From IMG/VR virus record IMGVR_UViG_3300017989_000052: DNA of 60,666 nucleotides; one strand, 5' to 3'. Below the pieces are notes generated by a model. The model did no database searches. It had not been told where the DNA came from and was given only the letters and a program-made list of their open reading frames with translations. This stretch comes from a virus. Lineage: Duplodnaviria; Heunggongvirae; Uroviricota; Caudoviricetes. Shown here piece after piece: positions 37,557-46,864 of this stretch; within the stretch, counting starts at the first letter, position 1; the number at the start of each line of letters is the position of its first letter. The translations under genes and the position numbers were made by a program.

Positions 37557-38549
37557 ATGGAAATCAATATCCCAGTTAGTCTTACCGAAGAGCGATTAAT
37601 TGAAGTGCTCCGGAAAAGAGAGATTAAAGCCAAACCCAGAAAAATTAAATATTGGATTGATCCAGAGATATACGATTATTCCCTAGGAGATAAAAGTCTA
37701 CAAATAACGATACCGATAGTATATCAAGTTAATGATAAAAATTATTGTTGCGCCCCAAACGTTACCGTCTTCATTAAGTGGAATAAAGAGATTAAGAAGA
37801 TAACGATCGGAAAAACAAGGAAAGGAAAAACGATCGCCGAATTTAGCACAGCCGAAGAACCGTTAACGAGAAGATTAATCGGCAGAATTCTTAGAAAACA
37901 AAACGTCCCAAAAATCGCAGAACTAGATAATACAAAGTATTTTAGAGATCTTAAAGAAGTTGATGCCCTAATTGAAAAACTGTACCCCGAAATCGAAACC
38001 CAAAGAGAAAATAGCTTTTTTGTATTCAGACCTAGAGGATACCCCCAAATTAAACTTACCACAAAGTTTTTAATTAGAGAAAAGCAAAGAGAAAGAGTAA
38101 TAGCAGAACTAGAGAGCATTAATAAAGTATTAACAGAATTCTCAAAAGAAATAGGAGACCTCTTTGAAGGGACAGACCAATATTTTGAGATGTGGCCATA
38201 TTTTAAGAAAGAAGTAGAAGTATCCCAAGATGTAGAGTGGTACCTCGACCTAAATAAAGATTATAAAACAAAATGTCCCTTCTCCATTTCATGGAGCAGT
38301 GAAGTAGATAAGTGGAAAGAGCTTTTTAAAGCATTCAAAAGAAGCCTTCCATATATTAAACAAGCATATGCCATAATCAAAAAAGCCCAGAAAAAGGAAG
38401 TATACGAAAATAAATATTTCATAACCTTCTCCAGAGAAGAACCCACAGTGGCAGAGGTTTGGCTAATAGCTAAAAGAAATAGTAGTCGTTTTGATTTCCT
38501 GGTAAAAGAAGACGTTGAGAAGTTTGAAAAGGTTATCAGAGAAGCTTAG
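37557..38549 (+). CDS. paralogue of 18968-19876 (degenerate internal LTH tag)
   Basis: IPIVYQVN, KYFRD, WKELFKAFKRSLPYI; AEFSTAEEPLTRRLIGRIL. Confidence 0.75.
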   Translation: MEINIPVSLTEERLIEVLRKREIKAKPRKIKYWIDPEIYDYSLGDKSLQITIPIVYQVNDKNYCCAPNVTVFIKWNKEIKKITIGKTRKGKTIAEFSTAEEPLTRRLIGRILRKQNVPKIAELDNTKYFRDLKEVDALIEKLYPEIETQRENSFFVFRPRGYPQIKLTTKFLIREKQRERVIAELESINKVLTEFSKEIGDLFEGTDQYFEMWPYFKKEVEVSQDVEWYLDLNKDYKTKCPFSISWSSEVDKWKELFKAFKRSLPYIKQAYAIIKKAQKKEVYENKYFITFSREEPTVAEVWLIAKRNSSRFDFLVKEDVEKFEKVIREA

Positions 38550-38550
38550 A

Positions 38551-39009
38551 ATGAACAAGCATCTCATAAAATACCTAACCCATAAATCAGAAAGTCTTAG
38601 AGATTGGGTTAAAGACCGTATACAGAGAACAGATCAAAGATATGATGTGATTGAAGGAACTACCCGAGAGATTCCAGAAGAACATATATATGTCCTAGGA
38701 GAGGTTAATATCTCAGTTGAAAAGTTAAGCTCCTTAAATAGAAAAGTTGTCTATTGTGAATGGCTCGATTGTTCTAACAACCGATTAGAATCCCTTCCAG
38801 AACTTCCAGTCTGTAAAATACTTTTTTGTTGGAATAATCGCCTAACCCAACTTCCAGAGCTTCCCGCCTGTAAGATACTTTATTGTTCCAACAACCTATT
38901 GACCCAACTTCCAGATCTTCCAAAATGTAGAGATCCTTATTGCACAGAAAATCCAGGATATCCATTCAAAGCAAAACGACAACCAATATCTATACAGTAC
39001 AGCTCCTAA
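38551..39009 (+). CDS. LRR protein 1 (N-terminal LTH tag, three 19-aa LRRs)
   Basis: HLIKYLTHKSESLRDWVKDRI; CxxLxCxxNxLxxLPxLPx; cap NPGYPF. Confidence 0.85.
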   Translation: MNKHLIKYLTHKSESLRDWVKDRIQRTDQRYDVIEGTTREIPEEHIYVLGEVNISVEKLSSLNRKVVYCEWLDCSNNRLESLPELPVCKILFCWNNRLTQLPELPACKILYCSNNLLTQLPDLPKCRDPYCTENPGYPFKAKRQPISIQYSS

Positions 39010-39043
39010 ATCAAAATTCATGGAAAAGAGGTAGCAAAGTAAA

Positions 39044-39316
39044 ATGAAAGACTCCTCTTTACAAAATCGAGCTTTTTGTGTCACCCTTTCTGGGGTACCT
39101 GTGGAAGTATTACTGCTCAAGGACTCTATGATTCATTTGTCAAGGTTAGGTAAATCATATCCCAAAGAGGTAAGAGATTTCTATATTACGGTTATTTCAG
39201 ATTATCAAAAGCGAAACGAGAATGTCCCCGAAATACCAATTAAATCCCTCTTGACTCATGTGAATCCCCAAGTACGAGAGGTAGCAAAGGATATCTTAAG
39301 TGGACAAGAAATTTGA
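39044..39316 (+). CDS. LTH-tag protein (EIPIxSLLT subfamily)
   Basis: EIPIKSLLTHVNPQVREVAKDIL. Confidence 0.8.
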   Translation: MKDSSLQNRAFCVTLSGVPVEVLLLKDSMIHLSRLGKSYPKEVRDFYITVISDYQKRNENVPEIPIKSLLTHVNPQVREVAKDILSGQEI

Positions 39317-39560
39317 TAATAGAGTATTTAGATTTGAGATGCCGAATTCAGAAAGATTCTGGGTTTGGTTTTTGGAAAATCCCGGTCCCGGTTTTTTGTT
39401 CTTCACCGAAACCCGCTTTGATACCTACTGGTGGCATTATGAGGTTCGGGAAGAATATAAAAGATATCCACTTAAAACTGAAATACCAATTGAATCCCTC
39501 TTAACCTTTGAGAATCCGGAAGTTAGAAAAAAAGCAAAAGAGTTTCTGAAGGACTCCTAA
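39300..39560 (+). CDS. LTH-tag protein (EIPIxSLLT subfamily)
   Basis: EIPIESLLTFENPEVRKKAKEFL. Confidence 0.8.
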   Translation: MDKKFDNRVFRFEMPNSERFWVWFLENPGPGFLFFTETRFDTYWWHYEVREEYKRYPLKTEIPIESLLTFENPEVRKKAKEFLKDS

Positions 39561-39596
39561 CCAAGAAATCTTAGAACTGATCAATTAGGAATCGTC

Positions 39597-40473
39597 TTGA
39601 ATAAACATCTTTCTAAATATTTAACCTCAGAAAATCAAAATCTTAGAAACTGGGTTAAATCTAGAATAAATCGAATCGATCAAGTCTTTGAAGTGATTAA
39701 AGGAGATATCGATTCCAGAAGAGAATCAATATGTCTGTGGAGCGGTTTGGATTTCAAGTCAAAACTTAAAATCATTAGGATTTAAGGTTATTTATTGCGA
39801 GGAACTCTATTGCGATAATAACAGATTGACTAAACTTCCAGAACTTCCTGTTTGTAAAAAACTTTGGTGTTATATTAATGAATTAAGGTCTCTTCCAGAT
39901 CTCCCAGTCTGTAAAAATCTTAATTGTCAAGATAATGAATTGACCGAACTTCCAGACCTGCCAGTTTGTGAGACATTTTATTGCAGCAATAATCGATTGA
40001 CTAGCCTTCCAGACCTGCCAGTCTATAAATATCTTTCTTGTAATAATAACAGATTGACTAAACTTCCAGAACTTCCTGTCTGTGAGTATCTTTATTGCAG
40101 CAATAACCAATTGACTAAACTTCCAGACTTACCCGTCTGTGAAGATCTTTATTGTGCTAATAATAAGTTGACTGAACTTCCAGATCTCCCAGTCTGTAAA
40201 GATCTTAGTTGTGCTAATAATAAGTTGACTAAACTTCCAGATCTCCCAGTCTGTGAAAAACTTTGGTGCAGCACTAATCAATTAACTGAACTTCCAGACT
40301 TACCAGTCTGTGAAAAACTTTGGTGCAGCAATAACCAATTAACTGAACTTCCAGACTTACCAGTCTGTGAAGATCTTTCTTGTAATAAGAACAGATTGAC
40401 AAAACTTCCAAACTTCCCAGTATGTGAAGATCTTAGTTGTGAAGATAATCCAGGATACCCATTCAATGAATAG
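39597..40473 (+). pseudogene. LRR protein 2 (11 LRRs), frameshifted by a 5-bp deletion near 39713
   Basis: ATCGATTCCAGAA versus ATCGATTATATTCCAGAA in LRR4; ORFs 39597-39785 and 39826-40473 join. Confidence 0.8.
39800..40465 (+). repeat. 57-bp coding tandem repeats (LRR units)
   Basis: Example unit CCAGACTTACCAGTCTGTGAAAAACTTTGGTGCAGCAATAACCAATTAACTGAACTT. Confidence 0.9.
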
Positions 40474-41002
40474 CCACCTTTCTAAATATTTAACCCACGA
40501 ATCAGCAGGTCTTAGAGATTGGGTGAAGTCTAGAATCCCAAGAACAGACCAAAGATATGAAGTGATCGAAGGTAATACCAACTATATTCCAAAAGAATCC
40601 CACTATGTCTATGGAGAAGTTAATGTTTCCAGCAATGACTTAAAATCTCTAAGAGTCAAAGTCCTTTATTGTGAAGCCCTTGATTGCTTTAATAATCAAT
40701 TAACATCCCTTCCGGAACTTCCAGTTTGTGAGACACTTCATTGTGGCAATAATCAATTAACACAACTCCCCAAACTTCCTGTCTGCAAAACTCTCTATTG
40801 TCGGCCCAACCAATTAGAATACCTCCCAGAACTTCCTGTCTGTGAAGAACTTGATTGTGGAAGTAATCAATTAACCCAACTCCCCAATCTTCCTGTCTGC
40901 AAAACTCTCTATTGTCGGGCCAATCAATTAGAATACCTTCCGGAGCTTCCAAAATGTGAAGATCTTAGTTGTGAAGATAATCCAGGATATCCATTTAAAT
41001 GA
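40466..41002 (+). CDS. LRR protein 3 (N-terminal LTH tag, five LRRs)
   Basis: HLSKYLTHESAGLRDWVKSRI; ends CEDLSCEDNPGYPF. Confidence 0.85.
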   Translation: MNSHLSKYLTHESAGLRDWVKSRIPRTDQRYEVIEGNTNYIPKESHYVYGEVNVSSNDLKSLRVKVLYCEALDCFNNQLTSLPELPVCETLHCGNNQLTQLPKLPVCKTLYCRPNQLEYLPELPVCEELDCGSNQLTQLPNLPVCKTLYCRANQLEYLPELPKCEDLSCEDNPGYPFK

Positions 41003-41397
41003 TCTCAAATAACCACCTCATAAAATATCTAACCCATGAATCTAAACATCTTAGAAATTGGGTAAAAGAAAGAATCCCAAGAACAGATCAAAGATTTATT
41101 GTGATAGAAGGTAACATCGATTATATTCCAGAAGAACATACATATGTCTATGGAGAAGTTTATATCTCAAATCAAAATCTCAAATCCCTAAATAGAAAAG
41201 TTATATATTGTGAAGCCCTTTATTGTTTCCATAATCAATTAATAAAACTTCCAGACCTCCCAGTTTGCGTGTACCTTGATTGTACAGGTAACCAATTAAT
41301 ACAACTCCCAAACCTTCCCGCTTGTAAATACCTTCATTGTAGAGAGAATAAATCACAGCCCTTCCAAACCTCCCAGTATGTGAAGTGATATGGCAAT
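40999..41397 (+). pseudogene. LRR protein 4, 3' frameshift and truncation
   Basis: HLIKYLTHESKHLRNWVKERI; after CRENK the repeat continues in another frame (TALPNLPVC) and there is no C-cap. Confidence 0.65.
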
Positions 41398-41415
41398 AAA
41401 GCAAGGAGAGTAAAA

Positions 41416-41739
41416 ATGAATACCTATGTAAAAGAACTGTCTGAGTTGATCCAAAAAGATTCACGTATTGAAAATTGGATGCGTGGGGGGAAAAGCGATG
41501 CAGGTATCTCCTTCCAGCAATTCAAGGATTTTGCAAAGGAAGTTGAAGGAACTCTAGTTTTTTCCAACAGTTGGGGGACCCTAGTCTTTTCCCCCACCCC
41601 AGCAGGTAAAGTGCATATGGCATGGAATTTTACAGCTTCCGGAAATAAAGGGGACCATACCTTCCCTAATGTCAAAGAGGCAGCTGAAGAAGGGGTTGGA
41701 GGTATTTGGAACGCGCTTATCCGTGGAGTGATAATGTAA
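41416..41739 (+). CDS. hypothetical protein
   Basis: AAGGAG RBS. Confidence 0.7.
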   Translation: MNTYVKELSELIQKDSRIENWMRGGKSDAGISFQQFKDFAKEVEGTLVFSNSWGTLVFSPTPAGKVHMAWNFTASGNKGDHTFPNVKEAAEEGVGGIWNALIRGVIM

Positions 41740-41762
41740 ACCCCAAGAGCAAGAGAATTTAA

Positions 41763-42110
41763 ATGTATAGCATAAAATTTTCAAATCCCCATTCCACCAT
41801 GATCAGACGTTACCATTTTGAGAAGAAACCAACTTTTAGTGATAAGTTTGGAGCCTGTTTAAGTTATCTAGAAGAGTTGATCGAAACAGGATATTCCCTA
41901 TGGGAAAGTTTAATACAAGGCCCCTATAAAATGTCCTTTACCGAGTTTTCAGAGTGGGATGGAGAACTCTTTTTTATAATAGCAGAAAGATATCGTGTTA
42001 CATATCATATTAGGAAAATGGAAACAGCCCAACCTGTCCCCGCCTTTCTAACCTCCAAGTATCCTAAGATAAGAGAGCAAGCTAAGAGAGCAAGCAAAAA
42101 GATTTATTGA
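41763..42110 (+). CDS. LTH-tag protein (PxxxE subfamily), paralogue of 44250
   Basis: RRYHFEKKPTFSDKFGACLSYLE; VPAFLTSKYPKIREQAKRA. Confidence 0.8.
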   Translation: MYSIKFSNPHSTMIRRYHFEKKPTFSDKFGACLSYLEELIETGYSLWESLIQGPYKMSFTEFSEWDGELFFIIAERYRVTYHIRKMETAQPVPAFLTSKYPKIREQAKRASKKIY

Positions 42111-42759
42111 GATAGAGTGATACAAGATATAATAGATATAGGATTAATTAAGAATATAGGATTAAGAAGTATCTCTAAATATCTACACCCTAAACAACCC
42201 TATTTCCTATCTTAACACCCAGGTTAAAAGATCCCAAATACAAACCCCTAAGCCAGAATAAGATAGCATTAAGACCCCCTTTTCTTAGATCAAGAAGGAG
42301 TTAAGGTTAAGTTAATCTTTATAGCGAAAATCGCGAATATCGGCGTGAGACCGCGAGAAGTATTTGAAAAGCAGGAAAATCACAAGAAATCGCAAGAAAT
42401 CACAGAAAGTGCTTGAGAGACCAGACCTATGTGTCTCAACAACTCCCCGTTTTCTAATCCACAAAAAATAAAAAACGGTTCGGTTTTCTAATACATCTCA
42501 ATAACTAAAAAGCATCTCAAACACTTTTTAGAAATAACTAAATATCTGAAAGAACAATCTCAATACTCCTATACTTATTATACGAATTATCCTCCCCAAG
42601 TTTAACTCTTTCTTTCTAAATCCTTTTTTGCTAAGGGTTTATCAAAATTAGTCTATGAGAAGCACATACAAATGTTGTTTATTTCGCCGGGGAAAATCTG
42701 TCCTTTTCCGGCTCATATGCTTCTCAAATACGTTTATTTCGTATAAAGATTAACCGGTT
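42111..42759. other. 650-bp non-coding region, candidate replication origin
   Basis: Strand-skew switch, clustered TCTCAA/TTGAGA sites, inverted repeat TGAGAAGCA/TGCTTCTCA. Confidence 0.45.
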
Positions 42760-43083
42760 TTGGAGATTTTCATGTATCGGGACAGGAACACTTACGAGGA
42801 CCTAATAGGGCTAGGGAAAAGGGTAAAGTCTGGAATATTTAGGTTCCTGGTCTTACCTGACGTATATCACTATATCTGGTTTTTGGATGAAACTCGGCAT
42901 ATATACTTCTCTGATACAAGGTTTGAGGAGGCTCAGGCTCTTTATACTCGATCTGTGTGGGCTTCTCAAATACTGATTAAGGCTTTACCTGGGCAAGAAA
43001 AGGTTTCACTACAATCTCTCTTAACTCATATGAATCCTCGGGTTAGGACAAAAGCAAAGGAGGTATTGGATGGCGCGGCCTAA
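42760..43083 (+). CDS. LTH-tag protein (C-terminal tag)
   Basis: SLQSLLTHMNPRVRTKAKEVL. Confidence 0.8.
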   Translation: MEIFMYRDRNTYEDLIGLGKRVKSGIFRFLVLPDVYHYIWFLDETRHIYFSDTRFEEAQALYTRSVWASQILIKALPGQEKVSLQSLLTHMNPRVRTKAKEVLDGAA

Positions 43084-43324
43084 GCTAGAGCGGACTAATA
43101 AGGTATTTAGATTCGACTTACACTCAATCGTTTTCGCTTGGTTTTTGGAAGGCCCTGTTTATATTCTTTTCACAGATACTTATTTTCAGGCTCACAGATA
43201 CGAAGATCGTGGAAATTGGCTAGCCCCCTCGGCCGAAATACCGATTAGGTCTCTCTTAACTCATGCGAATCCTCTAATTAGAGCGAAAGCAAAGGAGATG
43301 TTAGCTAAAGATGGGACTATTTAA
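43070..43324 (+). CDS. LTH-tag protein (EIPIxSLLT subfamily)
   Basis: EIPIRSLLTHANPLIRAKAKEML. Confidence 0.8.
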   Translation: MARPKLERTNKVFRFDLHSIVFAWFLEGPVYILFTDTYFQAHRYEDRGNWLAPSAEIPIRSLLTHANPLIRAKAKEMLAKDGTI

Positions 43325-43745
43325 GATGCATTATTACTTGATTACATTTTCGGAAATCTTTTATCCTTATCTTTCTTTAATGGCTAGTTGTGAGCGGACT
43401 CGGATAGAATACAAGCCGGTTCCTCTCTCTACGAAATTTGAGATAAAGGGGAAGGACATTAAATTATTGCTTGTTAAGTTATTGGGTTCTAGGGGGGATT
43501 TAAGGGAGATTCTGGACATAGAGGCTGAGATATTGGAATCTTCTAAATTCTCAAATACTTACGATTATACTACTAATCTTAGGGCGACTCTTAAGGATGT
43601 GCGGGGGGAAAGGGTTAATTTAGTTTTTGAATGTAAGGTTCTCTCGGTAGCTAAGTTTGAGGAGAATTTGGTACCGGAATCTCTCTTAACTCATGAGAAT
43701 CCTTCAATTAGGGACTATATTAAGAAGAATAGGAAAAAGTTTTAA
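43311..43745 (+). CDS. LTH-tag protein (C-terminal tag)
   Basis: VPESLLTHENPSIRDYIKKN. Confidence 0.8.
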   Translation: MGLFKMHYYLITFSEIFYPYLSLMASCERTRIEYKPVPLSTKFEIKGKDIKLLLVKLLGSRGDLREILDIEAEILESSKFSNTYDYTTNLRATLKDVRGERVNLVFECKVLSVAKFEENLVPESLLTHENPSIRDYIKKNRKKF

Positions 43746-44075
43746 GTGAAGAAACGCTTACTCAAGAAAAGGGTATTAGATTCTTTGTTGAATCGGGCTT
43801 TTATACGTTCTTTTGGTGGGGGAAAGGATCTTTTCATATTCTTGGGCTCTTTTATTCTCTGGCATAAAACTCGATTTTGGATTAAGTCTGATTTTGAACA
43901 TCTTGCGGTTCTTAAGATAGAGGGGGAAGCTTGTTATGACTGGGGAAAGATGATTTTCTATTGGGATGCTTCTGATGATCTAGTAAGTATCTCAGAGGTT
44001 CCGATTAAATCTCTCTTAACCTTTAGGAATAAAGAGGTTAGGGAAAAGGTGAAGGAGATTCTATGCAAAGATTAA
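43746..44075 (+). CDS. LTH-tag protein (EIPIxSLLT subfamily)
   Basis: EVPIKSLLTFRNKEVREKVKEIL. Confidence 0.8.
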   Translation: MKKRLLKKRVLDSLLNRAFIRSFGGGKDLFIFLGSFILWHKTRFWIKSDFEHLAVLKIEGEACYDWGKMIFYWDASDDLVSISEVPIKSLLTFRNKEVREKVKEILCKD

Positions 44076-44249
44076 CTCTTTTGATGATTTTTGAGCTGTC
44101 TTTTGAGGCAAAACACCGGAATATTTTTGTCTTTTTCAAACCTCAAAGATCTCTACGTCCTTGAAAGATATGGACTTAGATAAAGATTAACCGGTTTTAA
44201 GGTTTTTGGATGCTTAGAATTTTCTGACATACCTCTAATAGGTGGAGAT

Positions 44250-44597
44250 ATGTATAAAGTTACATTTACAAACACTCAAACTGTTGCGCTTCGTGACTAT
44301 TATTTTGAGAAGAAACCTGATGCTAATGCTAGGTTGGGTGCTGGCTTGGAGTATCTTGAATACTTATTATCTGGGGGTGGAAGTTTCTGGTCTCAAGCGA
44401 TGGTGAATGCTAAATACTTACGTTTTGTTGAGAAGCAAAAGGGTAATTGTGGTTATTTACTTATTTACATGGGGGTTTCTTGTGAGCTCCTTCTTACTTA
44501 TGAGGTTTGTAAATTAAGGATTGCTCGATCTCCGGAATCTTTCTATACATCTAAGTGGTCTGGGATACGTAAGTTTGTGAAGGAGAGGTTGGGTTAG
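44250..44597 (+). CDS. LTH-tag protein, paralogue of 41763
   Basis: RDYYFEKKPDANARLGAGLEYLE; PESFYTSKWSGIRKFVKERL. Confidence 0.8.
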   Translation: MYKVTFTNTQTVALRDYYFEKKPDANARLGAGLEYLEYLLSGGGSFWSQAMVNAKYLRFVEKQKGNCGYLLIYMGVSCELLLTYEVCKLRIARSPESFYTSKWSGIRKFVKERLG

Positions 44598-44619
44598 GGA
44601 CTTTTTTACAGGAGGTTTA

Positions 44620-45054
44620 GTGATGGAAACATCAAGGTGTCGGAAATCATTCTTCATTTTAACTTTTCTCTTCTTATCTTTATTGGGGATAGGGGTTTTG
44701 AAGGGCGTTTTTGGGTTATATCTTCTCTATGGGGGTATTGCTTTCGCTCCGGGCTTCATTATAGTTCTCATATCTTGGGGTATGAGTCTACAAAGGCTTC
44801 GGAAAGAGGAATTAGTTATTAATATGGATTCTGAGGCTAAGTGTGCTTCTTGTGATTCTATTTTGGGAAAGGGTGTAACTCGTTGTTGGCATTGCGATAA
44901 GGCATTGGAAAGGGGGATTCCTAGTTATCAACCGGACTATCAAAAACGTCCCCCGGAGACTGAATCTCAAAGACCTTTGGAAGTTAAGGTTATAGACTCT
45001 TCTCAGGAGCTTGCGAACTTTCGTAAATCATATCGAAAGGTTTTCAGGAAGTAA
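44620..45054 (+). CDS. 2-TM membrane protein with zinc ribbon
   Basis: Two TM segments; CASC...CWHC. Confidence 0.7.
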   Translation: MMETSRCRKSFFILTFLFLSLLGIGVLKGVFGLYLLYGGIAFAPGFIIVLISWGMSLQRLRKEELVINMDSEAKCASCDSILGKGVTRCWHCDKALERGIPSYQPDYQKRPPETESQRPLEVKVIDSSQELANFRKSYRKVFRK

Positions 45055-45346
45055 TTTACCATTTAAGGTATTGAAGCTATCTTTCAGGGTATAAATCATT
45101 TACAAAGGCAAAAAAGGATTTAAGATGTCAACTAAACTACTGATTTGGAATATTGCTTTATTAGGTTTTGTGTTAACAACAATTCTGCTCACTAGGAACT
45201 TTTTGGGCTTACTTGCGCTATTTCTTGTTTCTTGGAATGGGGATGATACTTGTCCTAAATGCGGTTATAAGTTTGAGGAGACTGAGGAATAGGATTTTAT
45301 AGGATCATTCTTATTACTTAATGGTTTCATAATATAAAGGTTACTA

Positions 45347-45685
45347 TTGGGAGATTTTTACTCTTACGAGGGATTTGGGATGAAACATTTTTCTGATTTT
45401 GACTCAAAGTCTCTTGTAGGGTCTTCTGATCTTGTGAAATGTTCTCGCTGTGGCTCTCCACGGATTGTGGAATTTAGCGGTCGTTGCAAGGACATGTGCA
45501 CGATTCAGTTTCATGGGGCCACTCTCAACAACGGGACGGATACTTACGAGGGCTATCCTGTGATTTTGGGAAAAGGGGATAACTTAGAGGTATCGATTTG
45601 TATTGAGTGTGGGCAGGTGCAGGGATTCGACTGGCCTCTCGACCCTGAATACTATGATTTCCTCACAACCCCAGAATCCGAATAA
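45347..45685 (+). CDS. Cys-rich Zn-binding protein, paralogue of 51221
   Basis: CSRCGS..RCKDMC..ICIECGQVQG; start may be ATG 45380. Confidence 0.75.
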   Translation: MGDFYSYEGFGMKHFSDFDSKSLVGSSDLVKCSRCGSPRIVEFSGRCKDMCTIQFHGATLNNGTDTYEGYPVILGKGDNLEVSICIECGQVQGFDWPLDPEYYDFLTTPESE

Positions 45686-45740
45686 AAAAAAGAGAGGAGA
45701 AGGTGGGATTCTGAATGGGGTCTCACCTTTTTCTCTTGAT
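45684..45740 (+). terminator. stem-loop or terminator
   Basis: AAGAGAGGAGAAGGTGGGA...TCTCACCTTTTTCTCTT. Confidence 0.55.
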
Positions 45741-45908
45741 CCTTATCATAAGGTCGGCGAGAGTTATGGCTTCTCTCGTTGAAGGGTTACTAAAAACTTA
45801 AATTTCTTACTTTTTACATAAGGGTTACGTAATATAAAAAGTAACCAATGGGGGCTTTTACCTGCTCTCTTGGTCTTTTGCGCTTTTTACTCTGAGGAGG
45901 GCTTTGAG

Positions 45909-46208
45909 ATGTCGAATCTGACATGGGAAGAATTCAAGGCGGAGTGGATGGACGACCATGATCCGGAGGGCTGGGACTACTACGTCTACAAGTTCCACGA
46001 GGGTGGAAAGCTGCCTTGCTGGCTCTATACCTTGATTGAGAAGATTCGTTTCCCTTTCCGCATGGCATGGCAATTCGTGCTTATGAAGCGGTGCGAGCGG
46101 GAGGGACATCATCTCGTCGATGACGGGAGCTGGGCGAATCCTGAGAGTGGTGGAGACGCTTACCGCTGCACTCGGTGCGGCGAATCTTGGCGACACGTTT
46201 ACTACTAG
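45909..46208 (+). CDS. hypothetical protein with C-terminal Zn motif
   Basis: GAGGAGG RBS, TTGAG-ATG start; CEREGH...CTRC. Confidence 0.7.
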   Translation: MSNLTWEEFKAEWMDDHDPEGWDYYVYKFHEGGKLPCWLYTLIEKIRFPFRMAWQFVLMKRCEREGHHLVDDGSWANPESGGDAYRCTRCGESWRHVYY

Positions 46209-46254
46209 GTCGCCTTTACCCCTTGGTTGGGGGATTTTTGCTTGGAGGTGTGTT

Positions 46255-46815
46255 ATGGAATCGACTTCTCGCGGTCAAGGCCGCACGATCATGTTCATCG
46301 ACAACAGCTACGTCTTCAGCGGGATGCTTTCCGCTGGGTGGCGTTTTTCTTGGGAGAAGCTGCTCAACCATCTCGAGGGTGAGGGGGAGATTTGGCAAAC
46401 TCATTTCTTCGCCTCGGAGCATGTCCCTCCGAAGGAGAACCAGCGCAACTTCTTCAACATGCTCTCCTACAACCTCGATTTCGAGCTGCACCTCACGAGC
46501 ACTCGTCAACGTCAAGTCAAGCTTGGGGATGAGTCGAAAACGATCTTCCTTGACAAGGGGCTGGACGTGCAGTTGGTCACTTGGATGATGATCCTGCTGC
46601 GCAACCAGGCATTTGACACGGTGATCCTGCTCAGTGGGGATGGCGATCTTTGCGAGGCTGTGCGGGAAGTCAAGCGCACTGGCTGCAAGGTCGAGGTTGT
46701 GGGGTGGCGCAATTCGGTCGCTCGGGAGTTGAATGACCTTTCTTCTCGCCGGCCTGTGCTCTATCTCGACGACATCCGCGAGCAGATCGAGAAGGACGAG
46801 GATCACCAGCTCTAG
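46255..46815 (+). CDS. NYN domain (PIN-like) nuclease
   Basis: MFIDNSYV, KGLDVQL, ILLSGDGDL...VREVKRTGCKVEVVG; GC-rich. Confidence 0.9.
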   Translation: MESTSRGQGRTIMFIDNSYVFSGMLSAGWRFSWEKLLNHLEGEGEIWQTHFFASEHVPPKENQRNFFNMLSYNLDFELHLTSTRQRQVKLGDESKTIFLDKGLDVQLVTWMMILLRNQAFDTVILLSGDGDLCEAVREVKRTGCKVEVVGWRNSVARELNDLSSRRPVLYLDDIREQIEKDEDHQL

Positions 46816-46824
46816 GTCTACGGG

Positions 46825-46860
46825 GAAAGGGGGAGTCCTTCGGGGCTCCCCTTTTTTCTT
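46825..46860 (+). terminator. intrinsic terminator
   Basis: GGGGGAGTCC-TTCG-GGGCTCCCC-TTTTTT. Confidence 0.85.
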
Positions 46861-46864
46861 TCTA

